DNA of 64,000 nt from Oculina patagonica (Eukaryota), in NCBI RefSeq assembly GCF_052425735.1, contig NC_135769.1, positions 16,740,001 through 16,804,000 of the forward strand. The letters are read 5' to 3'. This document shows, one piece after another, positions 14,901 through 26,100 of the stretch (position 1 is the stretch's first letter; every line of letters begins with the position of its first letter). The notes under the pieces were generated by a model. That model was not told the origin of the DNA. It worked only from the letters and a program-made list of their open reading frames with translations, and did no database searches. The position numbers and the translations under genes were made by a program.

Positions 14901-17900
14901 CCTACATTCTGCTCCTAAATAACTGCTGTGTTATTTTAAGATAACAGAGAGTAGGGTCATACTCTTTTGAGCTTTTAAAATTCCATGACTTTCCATGACT
15001 TTTTAAAGTTTTCCATGACCTAAATTTGACCATTTTTCTTGGAAATTTCCACAAATTATCTTGATTTTGGGTACGTTTTTTACTCTTTTCTTCACAAAAA
15101 ATACCTGCCTAATTTATTTTGTCAGTAAGTCTCTTGGTTGCTTCAGGATATATGTACACTGGGAGAATTATATTGTTCACATTTTATCATAGCAATGAGT
15201 CAATAAATTGTTTTACCTGGTCTCTTATTTTGTCTTCTACTAGTACTTTGTTGAGCTTGCTTTTGTTTTAAGGGAGTGGTCTTTTCAGTGAAACTACTCA
15301 TGGTTGATTGATTGACAGATGTCTCACTTGTATTCTCTGTTTGTATCCTCCTAAGTGCCACAGGTGATGACAATGATGATGGTGATGACAACAGCATTGG
15401 TTGCAATAACAATGATGAAGTTTTCTTTCTGTTCTCAAGTTTTCCTTCGTCTTTCTTATTTTTACCAGAGGAACTTGACAGCAAGGGTGATAATGATGAC
15501 GAGGATGAAGACAACCTGGCATCCTTTGTTATTGCATTCTTGGACTTGCCATTACCACTGGATAAATTTGAAAACGAGTCAGTATCACTAGATGACTTAG
15601 ATGATGATGATGATGCCCTGACTGCACCATTTCCTTTGCTATTTACCACGGGAAACCAAAGGGATTTCGTAAGTTCCCCCAGTCCTATCCTTAGAATCAC
15701 TGGAAAATTAGATGATGATGATGGTGACGATGCCCTGACTGCACCATTCTCTTTGCTACTACTATGTGAGAACAAAGACAATTTCGAGGTTCCCACAGTT
15801 TCATCTTTGCTCTCTTTTCCATTTGGTAATTTAACAGATTTTGATCCTATTGAAGTTTTATACTGAACCTCCTTCCCTAACCTTTCACTGTTATGCAATG
15901 GAGATTTACTGGTGTAATTAATCAACGCTGGACTGGTCACAGGAGATAATGTACCATTTACCTTGGAGTGCGAATTTGATGGTCCTGATTCATCTGTTGA
16001 CATTGACGATGACTCCGTAGAGCTAGAACTCTCAGAGGAAGAACTGTCACTATCTACAGCTTTTTTGCCTGTAACAAGATCTTTACCATTGGCACTGGTC
16101 TTACTCGTTTTTGAATTTGTTTTCAAAGGCTCTGATGTACTTTTTCTTTTACCACTATCTGTTTTAGATGATAATCTCTGAGATGGGTTAATGGGCTTGT
16201 GTTCTGTTTTGGATTTTCCTTTTGAAGGTTTGCTTGATTTGCTCAGCTGAGCATTAACAGTACTTGTTGATGGTAATGCCAATGTTTTTGTGGATTTTCT
16301 CTTCTCTTGTACCAATAGTGAACTGTCATCACTTGCTGCTACTGCACGTACACTTGATTTGTGTTTCTTGCGAACTGCTTTTTCCATCTTTGGTTCCTTC
16401 ACTGGGTTTTTACTGCCTTGAGAAGAGCCTTTTTCCTTTTTGACCTTTTTGCTATTCTTTTTGGTAGTATTGCCATCTTGAGTTTCTTTCTCTGGTAGCT
16501 TTTTCCTTTTCTTCTTTGTTTCACTGAAAACCTCTTCATTATCATCATCCTGCTTCCGTTTTGATTTGTTACTGAAAGACAGACAAATAAAAACATAAAC
16601 TCATGGGAAATGAAAACCATATCCTCTTGGAGCTCTTAAAACATTGAATGAAAAGGGATCTTAACCATCTTATGGTAGTGTTCCTCCAAGGATTTTTGAC
16701 AATAGAAAAAATGTTTGGCAAAGCAAGGGGGGAATTTGGATTTGTATAATTTGGAAGTTCAGTTGAGACTTGATCCAAATTTTGAATAAAAAATATGTAA
16801 GTGTCCTGCGCAGCATTAATTGAAGTGAACACACCATATGTGAGAAACACTATTTCCACTTTTTACTACTGATAAAGGCAGCACTGCTGAAATGTTAAGT
16901 TTTACATTGAACTTTACAGCGTTGAACATAACAGTATCCAATGTGTCTTAAGTTTGAATGCTCAAGGAGTAGTGCCTTACTCCATGCAATATACATGATT
17001 AGTGAGACTGTGCAGACAGGTTCTGTTCTAGTTGGCACTTTCCTTTCTAGACTCTCTAACAATAATACCAACATAAGGAAAGACATTAACTCTGAGGGGG
17101 CCAAATGCAAGTAAAAAGTAAAGTCTGGCCCATATGACTGGAGCTTAACCAGGTTTCAGTAGCATGAAGCGACTAGGAGTATTTTCACTCCTCCCAGATG
17201 GGATGCTAGCCCATCACAAAGTTACCCCCAGCATTAAATTCGCCGGTACCCATTTATTTATACACCTGAGTGGAGAGAGACACTAAGAGAGTAAAGTGTC
17301 TTACCCAAGCATACAATGCTTGCTTGATCTGGAGTCCAGCAGGGCTGTCATTAAGGGCCGTAACCCGTAACACCTGTTACGGCTGAGCTCACTCAGTGTT
17401 ATGGGTGAAAATGTTGATTTGTGTTACTTTACACTTGCATTCAGAACCAAATGCTACGGGTGATAACTTCAATGTTACGGCGTACATAAAAACTTAATGA
17501 CAGCCCTGGTCCAGCACGCTAACCATTAAGCCACTGTGTCCCCAAATGCAATTAAGAAATAAGGGACAGACGATTATTTTTTGAGAAGGGGGAGGGGGGA
17601 GGGTTGGGCAATTTCCAAGAAAATTCCTGTACAGAAAAAACGGCTGAAATCGAGCAAGGGAAGCCATGGTATGAAAATACAGAAATCTTTTTAAAAAAAT
17701 CTTACACAACCTGAAGGAGAAATCTTGCCCAGAAAAATTGCCCAATCCCCAACCCTCAAAAAAAATAATGGTCCATCCCTTAGAAAACAGAGATTTCTTG
17801 ACCATTTACTTATGGCCGTGATTTATGTACATGCAAGGGCCAGTTTAAATGAAGAAGAATTGTCCCTGCTAGCCATCCCTTACAAAGCATAATATGAGAA

Positions 17901-20090
17901 ACATTGTCTCTGCAACCCAAAAGGAATTGTCTTAAATGGCAAGCCCTAAATTTTATTTCTTTTTTTATTCTCTACAATAATTGATCAATGTGTAATACAA
18001 AACAGTGGAAGCAGAGACTCGATGTGAAATCTAAACAGGAACAACAGATATGAACATACCTTTGATCTGGCAAGTGTCTGTCTTCTTTCTTGCTTTTAGC
18101 TTTTTTCTTTGTAGCTAGATATAAAAGGAAAACAATTTCCATTTAGATATCACATTGCTTGTAAATATTCAGGGATTTCAAAACAAGCCGGTGACTACCA
18201 GAGTTTCACTGGCTACTTGATTATTTGTTGCCAAGATTGCAAACGTCACCAGTTCATTTCTGTTACCTTGGTCATCACTTTCCTCATCCTGCTTGATTGT
18301 TGCTTGTTTCATCTCCACTCTAGAAAAATATAATAATAACACGAATAATAATGTCTGTCATTTGTACAAATCTATCAAATAGAACTTTGTTCACTTACTT
18401 AAGGTGGCTGAATACAGTTTTTACGTGGCTCAAAGGCGCGCACTACGATTTCCTGCTTGACGTCACGCTAGCAACTCTAAACAGAAATGAAAAAGTGTCC
18501 CATCTGTTTTACCGCGCTTTGCCAAATTTGTATACAAAAGAAAACTTCAAAATACTTTCAGATAGGTCACTCTTGAAACCTGGGATGGAAAACAATACGA
18601 CAAAAAAGGTGGATAAACAACCGACAGAGAAGTTCTAATCAGCTGTCTAATTCTGTCTTTTATAATCGCTTGCGACGCATGGCGTCATATGCTCGCACGC
18701 ACAATTTGATTCGCTTCGGAGGTCGTAAAAGCCACACTTTGATCCAGATTTTCTCGAAAACCTACCGTACAACCTATTATGAAACTTTCACAATTATTAA
18801 AATTTAAGGGGTGAACCACGTCCACGGCCAAAATTTTGAAAAAAATCTGTAAGACAGATTTAAAAATCGGCAAAATATCACATTTTCCTATTTTGCGAAA
18901 AATCTGTCCTACAGATTTTTATATTATCTTGCATGAATGATAAATCAAAGCCAATTTCTTATTTCTGAAATTTTGAGGTAGGGTCGTATGGGTAGATTTT
19001 GAGAAAAATGCCGTTTAAACTACAAGTGCCAGTCCCCTCTTAAGCACTCGGCCGTTCATTTAAGCTGTTTATTAGCATTTCTATTTTCCAAATATCACAT
19101 TAGATGGTTTTAGGATGTAACAAACAGTAATGAGAGAAAGACAAAACTTTTCTGGAGATTGTACAAGAGAGTTAAAGGTTGGACTGATTTGCCTTCTCAG
19201 AACTGTATTAAGCCACCTTAAGACAATCTGATCAACAGCCTGTCTGTGTGTTACTATAAAGGAACAAATCAAATAAATCAGTCAATTTCTGCCAGGACCT
19301 GAATAGGCCAAGCATTTTTTATAGCACAACTTACATGTAAGTAAAGCACACGCTCTGATTGGATGCGCATCGTTGTCTATCTACCATATCATGGGCTATT
19401 GCATAAAATTTTTGTTTCCGGCCTGTTGAGGAACGGTGGAATTCTTCAGGGGCAAGGGCAAAAATCTGTGGATTTCCTCAGGGGCAAGATAAAAATATAA
19501 AGGAATTTTTCAGGGGGAATGGGTGAAAAGTTGTGGAATTCTTAGGGCTAAGAATGCATTTCTAATGGAATTCTTGAGGGTTTAGCACATTTTCATAGAA
19601 TTTTATTGGGGGTTAAGGCATTTTCAGTGGATTTCTTTAGAGGTGTAGACGTTTAAACAGATTTCTTTAGGGGTAAGAATGAAAGACCTGTCCTCAACAG
19701 GGGGGGGGGGGGGGGTGCGGATATTAAATGCAATAGCCATATCCAATGCATGCATGCTCAAGGAATAATTGTTAAGTATGTTTTCTTCTAAATGCTAATA
19801 CCACCATAAATACTGCATTTTATAATATAGCAAGGAAAGGAAAATACACACCTTATGTTATCATTATTTTGAATAATCTCTATCTTCTCTTGTGAAGGCA
19901 GTAGGTAGTCATCCAGAAACAAATCGACTGAGCTGCAATTCTTGGAAACCGCTTTGAATCTCTTCTTAATCAAATACTCTAAATCAGCAATCGTGTTACA
20001 TGTTGAATTATCCACAAGAAACCAACAGTTTTTGACCTCTGAAAAGGGCAAAGGACCCTGAAAATTAAGACGGATTCGAACGAAAGACAT
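8918..20090 (-). CDS. COIL: Coilin (Cajal body scaffold), ~744 aa, 10 exons: 20090-19852, 18319-18267, 18114-18060, 16571-15217, 13875-13682, 12599-12522, 12274-12227, 11257-11176, 10254-10172, 8965-8918
   Basis: N-terminal coilin domain (VRIRLNF...CWFLVD...ADLEYLIKKRF...LFLDDYLLPSQEKIEIIQNNDNIRV), Ser/Lys-rich middle, HIRF motif, Tudor-like C-terminus (RDYS..TPLHGPP..NDKIAYKVLELSASYTPEVSNYKEG...GKFELVY...WSSMIEPVLI*). Phases are consistent and the exons sum to 2235 nt. Confidence 0.92.
11684..11990. mobile_element. TA-flanked MITE (Tc1/mariner-like) nested in another repeat
   Basis: ~45-bp TIR CCGTCGCTTGCATCTAAGCGTGAACAC...; it splits a copy of the 7010-type repeat; second copy at 27743-28068. 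Confidence 0.85.
12895..13375 (-). mobile_element. Degenerate LINE (CR1/L2-like) reverse transcriptase fragment in a coilin intron
   Basis: SGVFPEKWKDSNLTPVFKSG...ANY*GISLLS...QHAFRK...CVTQL...TDVIYLDMAKAFD...WIKDYLTNRRHRV...VTSGV, with stops and frameshifts. Confidence 0.88.
17110..17540 (-). mobile_element. tRNA-derived SINE interrupted by a MITE
   Basis: Reverse-strand homology to the SINE at 49757-50030 (GGTTAGCGTGCTGGAC head; TCTCTCCACTCAGGTGTA...AATGGGTACCGGCG core). Confidence 0.75.
17340..17508. mobile_element. MITE with CAGGG termini and 6-bp TSD
   Basis: TIR CAGGGCTGTCATTAAG / CTTAATGACAGCCCTG; TSD GTCCAG. Confidence 0.85.
18403..19217. mobile_element. TTAA-flanked non-autonomous DNA transposon (Kolobok-like), possibly with a nested TTAA element at ~18808-19039
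   Basis: TIR GGTGGCT(G/T)AATACAGTT, flanked by TTAA on both sides. Confidence 0.7.
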
Positions 20091-20270
20091 CTTCACAAAT
20101 GAACAAGTTTTTCCACAGCTTCGACCGCCATTATTTTTATATCGTCTACCGCTGACCAAAATCACATCCACTTTTATATCAAGCCTCGTGATTGGTTTAT
20201 TTTACCCGCGAAAATAAAACAGCCAATAGCTGCAGCGCTTAGAATCACTATTCTTCAGTGTCCGGAAGAG
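20091..20270. promoter_or_regulatory. Bidirectional promoter shared by COIL and the FTCDNL1-like gene
   Basis: 180 bp between divergent ATGs. Contains ATTGG (20191), CCAAT (20223), an E2F-like CGCGAAAA (20207) and an ETS-like CCGGAAG (20262). Confidence 0.7.
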
Positions 20271-21641
20271 ATGAGCAGCAGAGTTCCATCTTTACGTCTT
20301 GTGGCTTGTTTATTGAACATTTCCGAAGCACGAAACAAAGCCATAGTGGAATCTGTGGCTAATGCAGCACTCAATTTCCCTTCAAAGTCAAAAAACCTAA
20401 AATGTTCCTCAACGGTTCTAAATATTTTCTCAGATTATGATTACAACAGATCAGTGATCACCATTGCTGCCCCAGTGGAAAACATAGAGGAGAGTGTCTT
20501 CCGGGCCTGTCAAGTTGCTTACCATGAAATAGACTTGGGGAAACATACCGGGGGGCATCCCAGACTGGGATCTGTGGACCTCGTCCCTATCCATACCATA
20601 AGTACCAGTGTGTCTCTCGCAGAATGTGGTGACATAGCCTTAAACTTTGGAAAACGCCTTGTTAACAGCATAAAAGGCACCTCTGTGTTCTTGTTTGGTC
20701 ACGCTGATCAGCCCCTAGTGAGAGGATTGGTTGAACGACGCAAAGCAGTCAACTGGTACCATGGTCAACATGGTATGGATTTCAGTAGGGTAGGGTGGGA
20801 TCTTGGCACCCCTCCCTCCCAGAGGTTTGGCTGTACAGGGGTTGGTGCTATTCCATATGTAACTAACTGTAACATCACTATTGACAGTCAAGATTTGGAT
20901 CTTGGAAGGGAAATTGCCAAGGCGATTCGTGCATCAACACCTGGTGGCCTAGCTGGTGTGCAATCAATGGCATTCAAACATGAAGGAAGAGTCGAAATTG
21001 CTTGTAATGTTGAAGCTTCAAAGGTAGGTCTTACCCATAAGAGTGGGGTACAAAAAACTTAAGAAATCAAGACATCCTCATTTGGGATCCACTTCCCTGT
21101 TTGAATTCAAATTTTTTTATCCTGCTGCAGACCCTAGAAGAGATACTAAATGAAACATTTAAAAAAAAACCAACAATAGCTATTCATTTAATTTGTGCGC
21201 CTTCATTAATTAAGAAACCTACTTATCATCTCAAATACCCTGTTAAAGGAACTCACAATCCACAGATGCTCCATACCCTGTCTAAAGGATGTCCCTGTTT
21301 AGGCCAAGAAAGGGAGAACCCCACCCTACACCCTCCTTCCCCTCCCCTCCCCCACTGTTCAAGATATGGAAACTGGAAAAGCCAGTGAAAGTAACTCTAT
21401 CAGTGCAACAAAATGATGTATATTTAAATTGCAGGAATTTTCAAGTGAGGGACATTTTCAATACACAAGTCCAGAAGAGATAGAAACTAGGGTGGGAGAG
21501 TTGGCAGCAAGAAAGGACGTCAAACTTCGTGGAAGAAAGCTGGTGGGATTTACACCAGATGAAGCTTACAGAAGAGCTGTAAATGCTTTGTGTGAGGGAA
21601 ATGCCACTGCTTGGAAACATTCGTATGAATATAGAATGTGA
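20271..21641 (+). CDS. FTCDNL1: Stand-alone glutamate formiminotransferase-domain protein (FTCDNL1-like), ~319 aa. Exons 20271-21023 and 21435-21641.
   Basis: LVACLLNISEAR, NIFSDYDYNRSVIT, IDLGKHTGGHPRLGSVDLVP and EIACN motifs of the FTCD formiminotransferase domain. No cyclodeaminase domain. Phase-0 GT-AG intron. Confidence 0.85.
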
Positions 21642-23181
21642 GAATATAGAATGCCTACATTGTTGCACGCAATGCTGCAAGTGCTGGAGGATTTCTGCCA
21701 AGCCTTTGATGAGGCTACTGTCTAATTTTTGGTTGGAGGGAAAGAAGAAGATCAAATTTTAGGGTTTCAACTATATTGTCAAGTGAATGAATGAATAAAA
21801 TAGTTTATTATAGTGTCGGTGAGGTATTTAGTTTTTTTTTTAAAAAAAAAACTAATTGGGGACAGTAGCTTCATTTCAAATTCTATTTACAAAGTTAAAT
21901 CTTGTGGTTGGTAAAATGAATAGGTTTTGGTTTGGTGAAAATCCTTGTAAATTATTTCCATGATGGTGGTCATGACAATGATTACTGTGGCAAGTGATGG
22001 CAGGAAAACTAATGAAATAACAATGGTCAATGTATTTTTTTTTTTAATTTTAATAATAATGGTCAATCTATGGTGTCGATAACTGATGTTTTCTTGATAA
22101 ATCATAGTGTTAGTGGTGATTATTGTAACAATGGTGCACTGAAATTCCTTTTGATCTTATCACCATGGTTAGCATTCTATTTCAAGTTGTGGATACTCAG
22201 AGTCCTGGATAACAGCATCTTTTGAGGAAGTGCATGCAGTGAGAAGGTTTAGTGACATTAAAAATAACTACATCAGAATCTATTCACATTGAAATGATTT
22301 TTTTAATAATAATTATAATAATAATAATAAATTATTTGAATTTATATAGCCCTATATCTGAAAAATCCATAGTGCTTAAAACAAGTTAAAATATTAAAAA
22401 AATATTGCTACAGCTTTATCAACATAAAGAAATAAAATTCTGCTCAGTTGTAATAAGAGTTTTAAGAATTTGACTGCTACATCATGTGATGTGTATTTAT
22501 TTACATGCCTATTGCATACTCCTCCCATACCCACCTAGATAACTTGCACTAGTATTCGGACCTAGCATATCTATTCTCCTTCACTGATCTAACTCTAAGT
22601 TGACCCATCCCACAGTGAAGCATATACTTCATTTCAATTTTGAAAATATATATCAAATGCTTGACAAAATTAATACTGGGCTTAGAGACAAAATCCCAGA
22701 CAGTGGGGGGAGGGGGAGGGAGTGACAGGGGGGTCTGACCCTCCTGCCTCCCGTGTCTTTACTCCCACATCCTGTCCTTTTCTTTAGCTGTTCTCTCCTC
22801 TTTGTCCCATATCTATTGCAAAATATAACAGTGTTGCAAAATTTTACTTGTTTCTCATGTGGTTCCTGCCACCTTAGGAATCCCTTTTCTTGTCCTCCCT
22901 TTTCCAGCTTCCAGCCCCCCTGTCCCCCTCCAGCAGATAATTTCAAAGTGAGCTTGGAAGTTCCAAATGTTTTCTCATATGTCAATTTTTCTCACCCAAG
23001 AGACTAAATAAAAAAAAAGTTGAACAGAAAAGACTCCATCCGAGTACGGGATCCCACCGCTCTGTTGCACCTCACCCCACCCCTGCGGTCCACTTCCCGT
23101 GATCCAAAACGAGGCTTTCTGAATACAACAAGTCTGCACGTGTGCTCGCAAGTTGACAGATCAGAGAAAGAAAATTATACG

Positions 23182-26100
23182 ATGGAAGAGGCGAAAGAAA
23201 TCGTGGAAAAAGTTGTTTTGAATGGAGAAATCAATTTAGAGCTATCTTCTTTAGACCTTGACACTCTACCTTGTGAAATTCTCTCTGAAACGCTTCGCCA
23301 CGTCACCGCTCTAAACCTCGACTACAACGACTTGAAATTCTTGCCGAAGGAAATCTCCGTTTTGTGTTCATTGAAAGTGTTATCTGCTACAGGAAACCAA
23401 CTGCAAGAGCTTCCAGATACAATGCAAGAACTTGGAAATTTGGAGTCACTACATTTAAATGAGAACAGCCTCCGCGAATTGCCCATGTTTTTGTCGAGGT
23501 TTCAGCATTTGAAAATTCTGGACGCCATAGGTAATGAAATCGAGTCCTGGGGCGAGGGACTCGGGGAATCGCTGTTGGAATTACGGTTAGACGAGAATAA
23601 TTTGAGCAAACTGCCCAGCTCTTTCAGCTGCATGAAGAATTTGAAGGTGCTGGAGTTGGGAGACAATAATATTACAAGCCTTCCAGAAGATGTGGGATTG
23701 TTGAGCAAACTCGAGATCTTCAACTTGAGCCATAACAAACTGTCACATTTGCCTGCATCTGTTGGGGAACTCCCCAGTTTAAAGATATTTGATCTGAGTG
23801 GCAACAACATTGAGAATTTACCAGAAAAGTTTCAATCTGCTGAAGTTATTGAAAATATCTTTGTTGACAAAAACTACCTAAAGGTGTTGCCATCTTGGTT
23901 TGGAAGTTTGTGTAGTATCGAGAATCTGGGGATTGCCGACAATCAGCTGTTGGGTAGCCCCCTGCCAGATTCCTTTGGAAATGTGGCTGGCAAGACATTG
24001 AAAAGTTTAGATCTTTCAGCAAATAACATTTCAAAGCTGCCAGATACTATGGGGGAACTGAAAAAGCTTGAAAAGTTGCAGCTTGGAAGCACAATTTGCG
24101 AACTTGAAAGGAGGGCATTCCAGAATGGAAACTGGCTTTTGACTTTGCCGAGTAGCTTTGGCTGGATGGTGAATCTACAAAAGTTGCATCTAGATGAGAA
24201 TCAGCTTGTTGAGTTGCCAGAAAGCTTTGGCTCACTGGTAAATTTGGAATGGGTTGATTTTGGTCAAAATCGCTTGCAAAGTCTGCCTCCCTCTTTTTGT
24301 TCACTTGCCAGGCTGTGGTATCTTCAGCTGTCACAAAACTACTTGAAAACGCTTCCTGACAATTTTGGCAACCTCACAAGTCTCATAGAGCTGAGATTGA
24401 ACAACAACTATCTCACTGAACTTCCTAGTTCATTTGCAAATTTGACCAACCTTCAGACCCTTGATTTGTTTCACAATGAGCTCTCAAAGATTCCTAAGGA
24501 ACTCTTAAGTCTCAAAAATCTTCTGAGACTGGACTTGGATAAGAATAAGTTCAAATTAAAAGCTGCAAAAGTGCCAAAGTTGACAAAGCAGGTCAAATAT
24601 CCGGAGAAAGATCCTAACCTTAAAGAAAACTGGCGTGGTAAGATGAGGGAGGATTATATTGAACCTGATGAGGTGAAGACAATTCAGATATTGAATGAGG
24701 TGGATGAAGACAGTGAAGATGACACTGACAAAGACGATGATGATTATGATGATGATGATGATGAGCAGGAGACAAGTTTTAGTGAAGCAGCATTGGAATT
24801 TGCCATGAAAAGGAGCTTGTCGATATGGAAGTCCCATGAAGGTAATTAACCACATCTACATGTAAGCATTTAGCAAATCTCATGTAAGAGTATGGTTGTT
24901 CTTTTTCCGGTTTCCCNNNNNNNNNNNNNNNNNNNNNNNNNNNNNNNNNNNNNNNNNNNNNNNNNNNNNNNNNNNNNNNNNNNNNNNNNNNNNNNNNNNN
25001 NNNNNNNNNNNNNNNNNNNNNNNNNNNNNNNNNNNNNNNNNNNNNNNNNNNNNNNNNNNNNNNNNNNNNNNNNNNNNNNNNNNNNNNNNNNNNNNNNNNN
25101 NNNNNNNNNNNNNNNNNNNNNNNNNAGCAGTTATTTCGTTCTGTTCGGCCGTTTTTCAGTTGATTGATTGTTGGTTGTTGTTCAGAGACGTGCATTTTTT
25201 TAAATAAAATAGCTAAAGATCAAAGATAGCTTTAAGTTTTGTTTGCTGTCGTTTTGCATTTTATGTGAGACATAGGTAGAATGCACGCTGGTATGCAACA
25301 AATCAGGAATCTCTATTGTTCTTTCTCATTAGCATTTAACGTTAATGAGCAGAATTATCTGCACGTGCGTTAACTGTGCACGTGCGTTTTGAACCTCGGT
25401 ACACTTCAAAGCCGTTTTCTGCCGAACAACTATGTGAAATGACGAAATTTTGCATATTTTTGATAAAGTCAGCCACGACGGCAAATTTTTGGTTTTCTCT
25501 ATTTGGGGTTAAAGGCTCTCTTTGAATAGTCAGCGGAACTAGTTCTTAAAGCGATAAATAAGCAAAATACGTCTGGAAAGTTGTGAGATTCCCAAGTAAA
25601 ATATAAATTCATTTTCCACCAGATGTTGTCATTGTCCTTGCCGTCGGTACAGGTATGCGAAATCTGTCTGCGGTCATCTTCAAAAACACCAATAAATTAT
25701 TTTGACGTCAAAAACTCGTTCCATTCCTTCCATTTTAATGCGCGGTCATTTAAAAACGTTTTTGTGAAGCCTTCGGAAACTCTTTTATTTTTTGCTGTAA
25801 TTCACGCTTTAAGGCTCAAAAAGCAAAATTTTTTCTTAATTTCACTCAATAATGGATAGTTTTATTGTTTGGTTGGTTAAAATGGCATTTTGAAATTTCT
25901 GTTCATTTGACTTTAAAGCTGATTTCTANNNNNNNNNNNNNNNNNNNNNNNNNNNNNNNNNNNNNNNNNNNNNNNNNNNNNNNNNNNNNNNNNNNNNNNN
26001 NNNNNNNNNNNNNNNNNNNNNNNNNNNNNNNNNNNNNNNNNNNNNNNNNNNNNNNNNNNNNNNNNNNNNNNNNNNNNNNNNNNNNNNNNNNNNNNNNNNN

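Noticed and set aside
15312-15866. 184-aa Asp-rich plus-strand ORF
   Set aside because: Antisense shadow of the Ser-rich (TCA) coilin exon.
8966-19851. Intronic snoRNA or scaRNA in coilin
   Set aside because: No convincing box C/D or H/ACA arrangement seen by eye; an Infernal scan would be needed.
23020-23181. N-terminal extension of the LRR ORF from a TTG start
   Set aside because: Eukaryotic gene; the first in-frame ATG in good context is at 23182.
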